DNA of 57,583 bases, from assembly GCA_026025795.1 (NCBI GenBank), contig JAPEUG010000069.1, positions 1 to 57,583 on the forward strand. The letters are read 5' to 3'. Shown here in pieces: positions 25,294 through 37,112 of the stretch; within the stretch, counting starts at the first letter, position 1; every line of letters begins with the position of its first letter. Both the position numbers and the translations under genes were made by a program. The notes beneath the pieces were generated by a model. It saw nothing but the letters and a program-made list of their open reading frames with translations, was not told where the DNA came from and ran no database searches. The DNA is from Thelocarpon superellum (lineage: Eukaryota).

Positions 25294-27478
25294 ATGTCAT
25301 TCCCGGATCAATACGCCAACATGGGGGACGCCGAGCGGCCGGAGGACGTGATGCACCATCGTGATCCGGCCTTGGACCCGGCACATCAACATCACCATGC
25401 GCACCTCCACCATGACGCCAACGCCGAACGGGGTCGGGTCGACGAGGTCGTCTACACCACGGGCACCACGTTTGAGCCCAGCATGATCCCGGACGAGAGT
25501 CCCCAGGACCACCACGTGCACCCACATCTACGCCAGCACCCAGCCTTTCAGCCGGACAGTACGGAGGGCAAAAACGACATGGTCATCCTTGATGCCGAGA
25601 AGGGTGCGGTGGAGACGATACAATCCACCACGGATACGTCAGACTCGCCCAACCACGCCAAGGCGCGCTTCTACGTGAAGTACCGCATCGTCTTCCACAT
25701 CATCGTCTTCCTTCTAGTGACGGCGTAGGACTTGCCCAGCCCCATGCGCTGGATCTCTACTGATGCTTCTCGTACAGATGGTGGGTGGCGAGCTTGATTC
25801 TCCATCGCGAGGACAAGAGCTGGGTGCTGCCCTTTCTCTTCTGGCTCTGTGTCACGCTGCGCCTGGTCTTCTTCCATGTGCCCATCACGGTGGTGACGAA
25901 GCCGATGCACTGGCTGTGGCATCAGACGGGGGTGAGGGCTGTCAATCTGGTCCCGGAGAAGCTCAGGCTGCCGGCCGGCGCGGCGCTCGTTATGGTGGTG
26001 ATCTTTGTGGGGTCCTTTGTGAGTCCCGAGACGGCGGACAACAGCCGGAGCAATCGGGCCGTCAGCCTCTTTGGTCTGTTGGTCTTCATCGGGGTTCTGT
26101 GGGCGACGTCGAAGGACCGCAAGGCCATCCAATGGCACACGGTCATCATGGGCATGTTTCTCCAATTCGTCATCGCCCTGTTTGTTCTCCGCACCCAGAC
26201 GGGCTACGACATCTTCAACGCCGTCAGTGACTTCTGTCGCAACCTGCTGGACAACGCGCAGGTCGGCACGGCGTTCTTGACGACACCGGAAACGGCGAAA
26301 TTGACCTGGTTCATCATCAGTGTGCTGCCGGCCATCATCTTCTTCGTGGGCTTGGTGCAATTGGTGGGTGTTTCCCGCTTTCCGTGTACCCAGGGATCAC
26401 GGCTGACCAGACCCCAGCTCTACTATTATGGATTCATCCAATGGTTCATCGGCAAGCTCGCCGTGTTCTTCTTCTGGTCGATGCGCGTGTCGGGTGCCGA
26501 GGCGGTGGTGGCGGCGGCGTCGCCATTCATCGGACAAGGAGAGTCGGCGATGTTGATCAAGCCCTTCGTGGCGCACCTCACGCTGGCGGAGCTGCACCAA
26601 GTCATGACGTCGGGCTTTGCCACCATCGCCGGGAGCGTGCTGGTGGCGTACATCGCGCTGGGCGTCAACCCACAAGCGCTGATCTCATCGTGCGTCATGA
26701 GCATCCCGGCCAGTCTGGCCATCAGCAAGCTTCGCTACCCCGAGACGGAGGACACGCTCACCTCGGGCCGGGTGGTGATTCCCGACGACGACGAGGACAA
26801 GGCGGCCAACGGGCTCCACGCCTTTGCCAACGGGGCCTGGCTGGGCTTGAAGATTGCGGGCATGATTCTCTCGACGCTCCTCTGCATCCTCGCGCTCCTC
26901 GCTTTCCTCGACTCCATCTTGACCTGGTTCGGGAACTACATCAACATCAACAGCCCGCCCCTGACCATCGAACTGGTGGTGGGATATCTCTGCTACCCGA
27001 TCGCCTTCCTCCTCGGGGTACCGCGCGACGACGACTTGCTGAAGGTGTCGAAACTGATCGGCACCAAGTTGATTGCCGTGAGTTTACTCTCCTCTAGTCT
27101 CCACATACCCCTCACACTCTCACCTCACATCTACTCCCACTCCGCCTCTCAAATCCACCCACACCTGGCTAACACGCAGTCCAGAACGAATTCGTAGCCT
27201 ACCACGCGCTCCAAACGGACCCCGAATACGCCAACATCTCGCCGCGGTCACGGCTCATCGCGACGTACGCCCTCTGCGGCTTCGCCAACCTCGGCTCGCT
27301 CGGGACCCAGATCGGCGTGCTCTCCCAGCTGGCCCCCGGACGAAGCGGCGACGTGTCCCGTCTGGCGCTGAGTGCGCTCCTCACGGGCGCCATCTCGACG
27401 TTCACCTCCGCCAGCGTCGCAGGCCTGTTGGTTACCAACCAGGCTCAGTTCTTCAGTCCCACCAAGGCCGCTTCGTGA
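25294..27478 (+). CDS. Concentrative (H+/Na+) nucleoside transporter, CNT family; introns 25725-25777, 26364-26417, 27078-27184
   Basis: Motifs SGAEAVVAAASPFIGQGE, HQVMTSGFATIAGSV, SCVMSIPASLAISK, KLIA|NEFVAY and TYALCGFANLGSLGTQIG. Confidence 0.95.
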
Positions 27479-27489
27479 TTTTAATGAAT

Positions 27490-27517
27490 GCGTGGCGTGG
27501 CGTGGCGTGGCGTGGCG
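27490..27517. repeat. (GCGTG)5+ microsatellite just after the CNT stop codon
   Basis: gcgtggcgtggcgtggcgtggcgtggcg read directly. Confidence 0.85.
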
Positions 27518-28359
27518 GCGCGTTGTGTTTCGGTAGTAGATACGACAGAAAAGTGATGAAACGGTTCACGGATAGCTGGATTTGGTTGATTCCTTGGTTG
27601 CTTGGTCGGTGGGTTGCTCGGTCGCGCTGAATGGTTGGGTAGATGGATAGATAGGGGATCGAAAGTAGGAGTGGGGGGAGTTGGGCAGTCACGACTTTGT
27701 TACTATAATAGTATTATCACCGCCACCGCCACCACCACCGCCACCGCCATCGTCTTCTCCCTCCCCCTCTCTTATTCACACACACACGACACACATTCTG
27801 CCCCTCCGCCTTCTGCTCACCCCTCTCTCGTCCCTCTCGACACCGTGATGAGGGGAGAATCCAACATTAGGTAACACATTAGACAGTATCAAGCAAGGAC
27901 AACACCCATTATAGGGTTGGAGATGGGCCATGGGCACGCCCTTTTTGCTCTTCCCTTTCCCGCTGCTTTTGTTCCCCGACTTTTGCTTTTTGTCTCCTCT
28001 CTTCTCCTCTCTTTTCCGTTCGTCATTTGGCTTTTGGTCTCCCACGGGGAAAGTCACGGGAGAGAAGCAAATAGCGCACAGATTCAGCGTGCGATGGGGC
28101 CAGCGGGATCCAAAGAACAGAAGAACAAGAAGGAATCGAGAAAGAGAAAACACGAGAAGTATATTCCACCCGTCAACCCCAGCATCCATCAATCACCGCC
28201 TCCTCCGCTCCCTGCCGGCTTGTATCAATTGGTTGCCTCCCCAGTCGCGCAGTGCAGTGCAGTACCATGCGTCTTCTTCTGCTTTCTTCTTTCCCTTACC
28301 CGCCTTCACCCGTGCACCTCACCGGTGTAGCCGTCTCCGGCATTGAATATATTGAGTGT

Positions 28360-30937
28360 TCATTGAAAATTCAATGGTACTCCATTGCCCGTCACCAACG
28401 CCCCTTCATACCCCTCACCAGCTCCTGCTGTAGCTCCTGCACCCATGCTGCCGACGCTCCTGTCATGGTGATTGCGCAGATCGTGGTGTTGAGGTTGTGT
28501 AGGGAGGTGGAGTGGGTGCTGCGAAGACGGCAGGTCGTGCGGATGCTGGTGCGGGTGCGAATGTGTCGGGGGCAAAGGATCTGGATGTTGCATGTGCGGT
28601 GGAAAGTGAAGCTGGTGAGACGGGTGATGGGTCTGCGACGCCGAAGCAGGCGGCGGTGCCGGAACGACGACATGTGAGGGAAAGTGGTGCTGGTGCGCCT
28701 CTGACAGATCCTCGGCGCTGAAGTTGAAGTGGCCAGCGAAGCTGTCTGCGCCGCCGCCATCGCCGTCATCACATTCCGAGAGACCGTTGCTGCCGCCTAG
28801 ATGATCCGCGAGGGACGGGAGCGCATATGCTTGCCAGGGCGTCGCGGAGCTGCTTCGTCCACTCGCGCTGCTGGTCGAGGCCTGGTAGCTGGACGGCTGA
28901 TGCGGGTGCTGCTGATGGCCTAGGTGGGCCTCTGACATGCCGTCGGAAGGCGGCAGGTACGATGATGCATCCACGTCGTTGGCGGTGACGGGCTCAAAGG
29001 CTTCAAGGAGAGAATCGGTAGGGGCCATGGGCTGATGGTGGTCTAGGTGCGACGCCTGGTGTTGTGCTTGACTCCGGGCTTGGTACAGATCTCCAAGTGT
29101 CTCGTCGACCAACGTGTGCAGACTCTCTTGCGTCATGTGTGAGGAAAAGGACGTGGAATAGAAGGACGGGTTGATCGGGCTGGCAGAGATGGTCCCCGAC
29201 GGGCTGCCGTCAAGCGGTTGGAAGGCCTGGGCTGGGAATCCATCGTCGTACATGTGAAGACCGTGGTTGGCTTGGTCCGAGGGCCACAGGACCTCTTCAG
29301 CTGGGGGGACCGGGGTGACCGACGGCTCCAGTGGTGGTTGTGCGGGAGATGTGGTCAGGATGCGCGACGGAGGTGGGATCAAGTTCCGCCACGTCGTCTT
29401 GCCGCTGATCTCGCTCGATCGCGTCTTGCTGAACTTCCACAGTACCAATGCCGCCCGTCGAGGGGCCGTGTCACCGCCGGGCGGCGTAGCGTACAGTTGC
29501 TGCACGGCTGACATTCGGCGCATCCGCGTCCGTGTTCGCTCCTCGGCCGCGCGGTGGTCGCCTCGCTCCTCCAAGTGATGGCGTTCCTTGTCCCACACCA
29601 CGAACCGGGGCGCCCAGAATCGAGGGAGCAGCGACGGCTGGAGCTTGACGCTGCCGTCCTCGAAACCCATGTCAACCGGATCGAGAGCGGCGGCATGGTC
29701 CTCCACGCGCTCGCCGGCCTCATAGATGGTCGTCGTGTATTGCCACGTATGGCCGGCAAAGGACGGCGCTGCCATGATCTCCAACGTCATCCCGAGCTCC
29801 CAGCCCTTGAACGACGCGGCTGGCGCGGTCATGTTGACGGTGGTCTCCATCAGGATGATCTCGCAATCCACGGCGCCGGTGTGATGAAGCGACGCCAGAC
29901 ACGGGAAGCTGTCTCGCCAGTTCCGGAGGCTTTCAAGGGGGACGGCGTGATGCGACGGCGTGCTGGAGAGGGTGGTGTAGATGTGCACGCTGCTGCTGAC
30001 GGATCGATGGTGGTTGGGCGGTTGCACCCACATGGTGAAGTTGATCGGTCGGATCGTGGTCGACGACGCGTATGAAGCACCGCCAAGTCGTGCCACGTTA
30101 CTGTGGGCGTATGCATCCTGTGACGTATGGCCCGACTTGTGCCGGGGGTGCAGCCGTTCGACGATCCGCTGCAACGTCTCGTCCGAGACGCGGTTGTCAT
30201 CGTTGGGCGTCACCAGTTTCATGACTGCTCCGTCAGTACACGCTCGTCGCTCGCTGCTCTCCCCCTCCGGCGCCACTCACAGCTGGGACAGTTCTTCAAG
30301 AAGCCCTTGAGCACCTGAATGTGGCTGGACACTTGTTTCCGCGTCCGCCGCGCCCCAGTATGCTTGTAGATGTAGTCGGCGATGAGTTCATTTCTCCCAC
30401 AGGGCTTGCCGTTCTGCGACAGCTTCCGACGTCCCATGCACTCGATGTCTTGAAGGGCTACACCGCTGTCAGTCCGCGTCCGGTGAGCCGGCGTTGTCTC
30501 CACGGACCTCGCTGAAAGGCCTCCTCGAGGTGATCCGGCCACACGGCGTCGCCATCGCCCGCATCCCGCCGTTGTCGCGCCCGATACTGTTGATAGGCGG
30601 TCGACTGCAGGGCCGTGAACGGCTGGATGCCACTGTCGCCGGCAGCCTTGTGAGCCTTGCGCTGCTCGAGCCGGGCCGTGATGGCTCGTCGATGATTGAC
30701 CGCCGCCGTGTTGGAGGCCTGCGTCGGCGGCTGCGTCACGGAGAAGCCGTGGTTGGCGCCGGAAGGGTACTTGCTCAAATCCTCGGCCGCCGTTGTCTCC
30801 AGCGCGGGGTTCTGTACGTTGCCCGTCGTCTCCTGGAGCGTGCCTTTGGGAATGACCAGCGGCGACGCCGAGGCCGTCTGCTCGACGTCCGTGGGATAAT
30901 TGGACGGCAGAATGTTGAGTGGCTGGCGAGGCTCCAT
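28360..30937 (-). CDS. abaA: TEA/ATTS-domain transcription factor AbaA; introns 30458-30507 and 30225-30280
   Basis: Spliced TEA domain [65 protein letters not shown]. Also LVLWKFS...[14 protein letters not shown] and a His/Gln-rich C-terminus. Confidence 0.9.
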
Positions 30938-30971
30938 GAGCGCCCAGCAACGGGGCACGCTCGTGGGGAAG

Positions 30972-31654
30972 AGAATGCCTCCAGGGGTAGTGACAAGAAT
31001 CACGGGGCGTGGGCGCCCGGCCTTCAGTGAGCGGGGCGGCGGCCAGCGATGAACGGAACGTACACAGAAATGTAGAGGCTGGGAAGGGTGGGTCGAGCAC
31101 GACGACGGTCGTGATTGATGAGAGAGAAAGATGGGATGGAGAATGTCGTGACGACGCGAGAATGAAGGAGCAGAGGCTCTGGTTTATAGGGCAGCACGAG
31201 GGCTGGGTCCTGCCAGGAGACAGGGTCCACTCAGGAGGGATCGACGCCGCGGACGCAGACGCATGCGCAGACGTAAACTCCTGAGTGGGCCGGGATGGGT
31301 TCAGGCACACGGGCACGACGTCAAGCAAGCCTCAACGTGATCGAGACAGGGATTCGCAGATTAGATTGTGCGGCCACCAGAGCGAGCGAATGGTGGCTCT
31401 GTGGCACCTAACGGTGCTTGGTCACCCCAAAACGCCCCGCTATCGCTGTCCATCCTTCTGTTTCTGGAAGAGCTATAGAAGCAAGGGCGACAAGTGCGAG
31501 GCGGGTGAAGCCGACTTGCTCGTCCCTCAACATACCTCCCGGCAAGCCAAGATCGGCTCCGCCATCAATCTCATTGCGAATGATGACCAGCGGGGGAGAG
31601 GGAGAGGAGGCGACCACGGTACGGCGGCGGAAGGGTCCGCCAGGCACGAGAATG
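30972..31654 (-). promoter_or_regulatory. Four same-orientation CATTCT (AbaA/TEA consensus CATTCY) sites upstream of abaA
   Basis: AGAATG on the + strand at 30972, 31140, 31159 and 31649. Confidence 0.5.
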
Positions 31655-32322
31655 TAACTTAAACCTCCTCGAGCGCGCATCGTTGCGATGCGTTGCACTC
31701 CAACCGCTGCCGTGGCGACGCGATTCACGAACGTCACTCGCTCGAGCAGGGTGAAATGAGCTTGACGCGTGGTGTGCTCATCGCCAACCGCGAGGAAGAG
31801 GCTCGAGGGACGGTGGCGACCGTAGCACCTCACAGCTTCCCACTGTCCTTGATCCTGCCAGATCCGGCGGCGCGCACTCGCACGTCCAGGAGCTGGCGGA
31901 GCGCGGGACGGGGGCATGGACGGATGGATGAATGGATGGATGGAGAGAGAGGCTCTTCCTTCTCACTTTCACTCTCACCTTCATCTGCACCCCCCTCTGG
32001 TGCCACGAGGGCCGCTCCGCGGCGGGGGGGAGGAGCTGTGAAGGTGAGCGGCAACATCACACGCGTCGCGCGCGGCCAGGGTCTCGACCGACGAAGAGCT
32101 CCGAGGCAGGGAGAGAAGTGGAGGAGGTGCCGTGCGGGGACGTGGCGGGTGGGAAGGGCCCTGCCTTCGAAGCGGCAGACGCGTTTGCTCCGAGCGCCGC
32201 CGGCCGCAATTTCGAAGGCAAGGGACGCGCCAAAAAGGGTCGCAGCAAGGCCACCACCACTCATTATCAATCCGGTGGATTTAGTGTGGCAAGGCACCGC
32301 CAGCGTCGTCGCCGCCGCCATT

Positions 32323-35175
32323 TCATTCACTGTCCTCCGCGCCCTCGACGGCGAATTTCTTACGGCCCGCGCCCGCAAGTCGTTGCAGGGCCACCTGATT
32401 GACCTGCCGCCCTACTTTCCGCTGCATCTTCTCAATTTCCTCTTCCGCGTCGACCGCGTCCTCGGCAGCGAATTCCAGCACCAATCGCCGGCCCAAAAGA
32501 TGAGTCTCGCCCAGTGCATCCATGGCGTTCTCCGCCTCCCTTGCACTGACAAAGTCGGCAAAGGCAAAGCCACGCGCCGAGCTGTCAAATTTCTTGGGCA
32601 CGCGCACCGAGCGCAGCTGCCCGTACGCTCCAAACAGGGCGCGCACCTCCTTCTTGGAGACCTCAAAGGGCAGGTTCTTGATGATGATCTTGGTCCGTCG
32701 TCCGGCCACCTGCTTGGCCCGCTCCTCTCGCCCTCGCTCCTCAGCGGCGTCCAGCGCCTTGTGCGATGCGCGTACAAGGAGCTGATGCCCGTCGAGACAG
32801 TAGTCATTCATGACGACCCTCGCCGCTTGTGCCTGCGCCGAGGTACGGAATTCCACAAAGCCAAAGCCCATGCTCAGTGTCTCGCCGGGTCGCTTGGGAT
32901 CTCGTTTGGTCTTGACGCGTGCGGACATGAATCCCTCGAGTGGGCGAAAGATCTCCTTCAGTCGCTCTGTAGTGGTTGAGAAGTTCAGATTGCGAACGAA
33001 CAGCGTGACCGCGTCCGTCGCCTGCGGCAGCCCGTCGCCGTCGAAAAGCAGTGCCGTCGATGCCTTCGGCTTGGACGTGACGCCGACGGCCTCCGCCAGA
33101 GCGCTCTGCTTGCCCTGTTCCTCAAAGACTCCCTTTGGTGCCTTCTCCAAGAACAAGATCGAGTCCTTGAATCGACGATAGGCCAGGTGCCCGAATGCGG
33201 CCCGCAAGTCGACGGCGTTGGGATATTGCACGATGGCAATCGTACCGGCAGGCGGCATGAGCACGCGTGACACCGAACCGTATGCTTCAAAGAGGCCCTT
33301 TAACTCGTCCGCCGTCGTACCGTATGGGAAGTTCTTGACTAGGATTGCGCCGTCGCCCCGCTCCTCATATCTGAACGCCTCCAGATTCACCCCATTTGCG
33401 GCGAAGTATGCCTTGGTCTCCTGGATGATATGTGTCTCGCTATGAGCTTGCTTCACCGCCGCATCCGAGGACGTCGAGTCGAGCAGCTCAGATTTGGCCA
33501 CGCCCAACCGATCGGCGACCGATGACATAACCGCGTTGGCCTAGAATGGCCAGATCAGCATTGGATCGTGTCGCGGATATCGCAGTACCCACGTTCATAT
33601 ACATGGCGTTCCAATTGAAGGTGGATGACGCCGCCTCCATCTTCTTCCTCACGTATCGTTGCTTCTTCAGTGGCAGTTGTGAGAGAGCAAACTCGTCTAC
33701 TTTGCTCTCTTTCTTGGGGACCGCAGGGATGATATGGATCAGCCGTCCTTGGAAGATTTCGCCGTCGAGAGCGCGATAGGCCTCGAGTGCATGCTTGGAG
33801 TCATCATACTGCACGTACGCAAAGCCTTTGCTCGAGCCAGAGCGGTCTCGGGGTAGGTGGACCTATTGACTTCATCAGCACCCTGACCATGCCCACGTCT
33901 GGCTGCAGGCTGGTTCGAGTGGAGAGTGAGAGGGTGTGCGGTGGCCACTCAGCAGAAAGAGATATCTACTAAAACACTCTTGCGGAAAACATCACCTGCA
34001 TTGCATCAGATGTCCCTATCAAGGTCTTCATCACCGTGGCCGCATGATGGGGGAGCGGAGGGGCGATGGGGATCAGATAAGCCAGAAGTAGCCAGAACAT
34101 TCACCACCTACCTCATGTAAGCTCCCGTAGGAGGAGAAATGTGCACGGAGATCTGCCTCGGATGCGCCATACGGCAAGTTGCGAAGGAAGAGCCTTCCGG
34201 TGCTTGTGATCGGGTCGATCTCCATCTCGTCCGCATCCTGTGGATCGGAGGCCTTCTCTGAGTCCTCATTGGGTTCGGCAGACCTTGTGTGGGTGTCGTG
34301 GCCTCCCTTCAGACTCGTTGTGAAGGCATCCGTGGTAGTGATCACAGAATTGCCCGAGTCGACACCAACCGCATCTCCGCCCAAACCAAGCCGTTGGTTG
34401 GTCCGTGAACGAAGCCACTCGGCGTCTGAGCTACCCGACACCGGAGGTGGAGCAGCAAGAGCTGTATCCGCATGCTCCAGGAGTAAAGACTCTGCCTGCA
34501 CGACGTCAAGAAGCTTCGAATCCGGCTCACAATCGAGGGTTTGGGGGTCGCCCCTCTTGGACCGCGGAAGCACATGGTCGAATGAATCGTCTTCCACATC
34601 GTCGGTCGCTCCGATGGACGGTCGCCGTTCAGATGGCTCTTCTTGCGGAAAGCGGTCGTCTGCCCACGTTCGTGATCGAGACGAGGGCTGCATCACGTCC
34701 AGAAACTCTTCCAGCTTCTCCTTCTCCGCCACCTTGAGAGAGCCGTCTCTCTTCCTCTTCACGCCTTGGCTAGCTCCCTCGGAAGCTTGATGCGAGTGTC
34801 TCCGTATCCCTTTATCGCTGTCTAGCGTGGAGAAGGACCGTCGTGCACGTACATCGGCAACCTGATCAAGACCCCGATCAGCATCGAGCGGGTACTGGGA
34901 TGGATACAAGGACCTACCGGACGGGCGACCTCCACCGCAATCCTCGACATGCGAATGAAGGACTTGTTGAAATACTTGACGGCTCTCATTGCATCTTCGG
35001 CAGTTTTGTAGCCCACATAGCCAATCCGGCGATGGGGGATCAGCTTGGCGTCGGTGACGGGCTGGTGGACGGCAAAATGTTTCCGAAAATCTTCATCCGA
35101 CAAGGTGGGGGGCAATCCGCGGATGAAGATACGGGACGACGCCGTGGCCGGCGCCTCTTGGATCGAGGCGGGCAT
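32323..35175 (-). CDS. MRD1: Multiple-RRM ribosome biogenesis protein Mrd1; introns 34862-34917, 33863-34111, 33541-33592
   Basis: Five RRMs: SSRIFIRGLP...RRIGYVGY, RLFLRNLPY...SKGFAYVQY, ILVKNFPYGT, TLFVRNLNF...SMGFGFVEF and KIIIKNLPF...RGFAFADF. Also the linker FNWNAMYMN|ANAV. Confidence 0.95.
33943..34041 (-). ncRNA. Intronic box C/D snoRNA, probably snR64/SNORD74-like (guides a large-subunit rRNA 2'-O-methylcytidine)
   Basis: Terminal stem GGCCAC/GTGGCC. Box C GTGATGA (34034-34028), D' CTGA (34009-34006), C' GTGATGT (33995-33989), D CTGA (33952-33949). Guide GATAGGGACA is complementary to the 25S rRNA sequence UGUCCCUAUC (rRNA sequence recalled, not searched). Confidence 0.85.
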
Positions 35176-35601
35176 GTTCTCCACCGAGCTGCCTAGCATA
35201 GGTATGCTACGAGGACACAGGTATGCCATTCATGATCGACGCATGCTGAGGTGTCTGCGTCTCAGGTGTAGCCCGCAATTTTTGATGTGCCCGTATCGTT
35301 TCCCCTCTAAACGGACGAGAGGCCCCTCTGCCGGACTCTAGCGAGACACCAGCGGACATGGTGAACTGGAGCGAGAACATCCATCTAAGCACATGTAACT
35401 AACATAGCGCAAAGCCCTACTACGGCCTCAATCGCAAGCATCCTTCAGTATTCTAGTGCGTTAACTCGTTGACAATGGCCGACGATCATCAGTATCCGAC
35501 ACCAACCGATGCCTTACACTCCGAAAATTGTCAACGGCATGAACGCCCCACCTACCAAGACGATGCGGACACGAAGGGCTGAGGCTCAAGCCCGACTAAG
35601 T

Positions 35602-37112
35602 TTACACGCCCCCAAGGAATTGGACATCCAACCGGTGGGCTTCGCGCAGCAAGCCGTCCAGGTCGTGCTTGTATCGCGACGTCTCCAGGGGAAAGAGGGT
35701 GCATCCGCGGTAGCACCACAGGCCTGGATCGAGATAGTCCCAGTGACAGGGCTCCGGCCAATCCTCCGCACCTGACATCCAGTGCGTCAGATTGGTGAAG
35801 TCGCGGCCGCCGTACTCTTTGCTGAACCGGATGCTTCCGTTGAACCAAAACGGTCGGCGGCGAGAGTCGGTGTGAGCGACGTTAGAGCTGCACACGCGGT
35901 CGCGGCCCTTGTCGTCCTGTTCCAGGAAGCCAATGTTCCCCGCGTAGTCGGGTTCGAAATAGTACGGGGTCCCCATGAGCTCGGCGGCAATCCAATAGCT
36001 CTCCTTGTCGCCTATGTGCCCTCTCGTCAGTCCAAGCCAGCTCGCCACGAGGAAGATGTGCCGAGCGCCCTACCATACGAGTGCGCATACAACTGAGGCT
36101 TGCCACCCTGGTCCGTGTTCATCCATGCGGCGAAGATCAAACTCATGAAGACGCCAGGCCGTCCTTTGTCGGCGCAAACCACCCCTGACTCCATCTCGCC
36201 GGAGAGGTCAGACTCCCAGAAGAGGCTCTGGCTCAACATCCGACTGGGCTCTCGTCCTCCCAGGAGGTCCAACACCCACTCCCGCCGATCTTCGGAGGGG
36301 CGACGTGCTTGGGCGCGATCATGCCAGAAGAGAGTCCCCGTCTCGATCAGGCCTGGCGACGTCTCAAAGATGTCGTCGGGCTTCTGGATGAAGATGATAT
36401 CGGCATCCATAAGGATGACGCGGTGGAAGTGGCTGGCGAGCATGGCGAAGGGCTTCAGGGCAAAGCCACCTTGATTGAGACCGATGTCTTGTCCATCGAA
36501 GACGGTCAGGAGGTCGAGGGTCTCAATCTCCTCGCCCAGACTGATGAGCTGGGCCCGCTGGGCTTGTGGTAAGTCGTCGTCGCCCGCGTATGCGATCTGG
36601 ATGGGTAAGGTCGAGCCCAGGACATTGCGCAAGGTGCCAATCAGGTGGGCGGCGTAGATGAAGGTCTTGGTGCCGACGCAGATGACGATGCCCGTTGCGG
36701 TCTCCTTGTCGTCATTCGCAGTGGGCGATGACCAGGGGAGATACATGGGCGGGCCGGGCCGGAGCCAAGGATAATCCCGCTGAAGCAAGTCTAAGAACGG
36801 ATGGCGGTCTAGGGATTGGTCGGCGTTGAGGACTTCGAGGAGGGAGGTGAAGAGAGCGCCGTGTTCGGCTTTGGCCGAGATGTTATGCTGGCTGCTGGGC
36901 TGATCCATCATCGCTTGCAGTCGACGTGCGGCCCCTTCGGCGGCCAAGGCCGACTGATGACCGGCGATGCCCTGCACCTTTCGATAGCCTGCGGCGGTGT
37001 AGGCCCCGCCATACACCGACTGATCCAAGACATAGACCCAGACGAGCGCAAGCCCGATGGACAACAGCACGAGCACCGGCCGCCGTGGGCGCATGGCGAA
37101 GAAGGACATCAT
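35602..37112 (-). CDS. GT71 (Mnn1-like) alpha-1,3-mannosyltransferase, type II membrane protein; intron 36012-36073
   Basis: N-terminal TM anchor; motifs GIVICVG, LPIQIAYAGDDDL, DxD motif LMDADIIF, GTLFWHDR, EMESGVV and spliced SYG|DKESYW. Confidence 0.9.

Noticed and set aside
27940..28158. Pyrimidine block followed by a purine block (mirror arrangement at 55440-55720) suggesting long fold-backs
   Set aside because: Only short exact complementarity (8 bp or less was found). More simply explained by U-rich 3' UTRs of convergent genes.
31693..32979. 428-aa + strand ORF, and many similar long antisense or alternative-frame ORFs
   Set aside because: Shadow ORFs opposite MRD1 and other genes in GC-rich DNA, with no recognisable domains.
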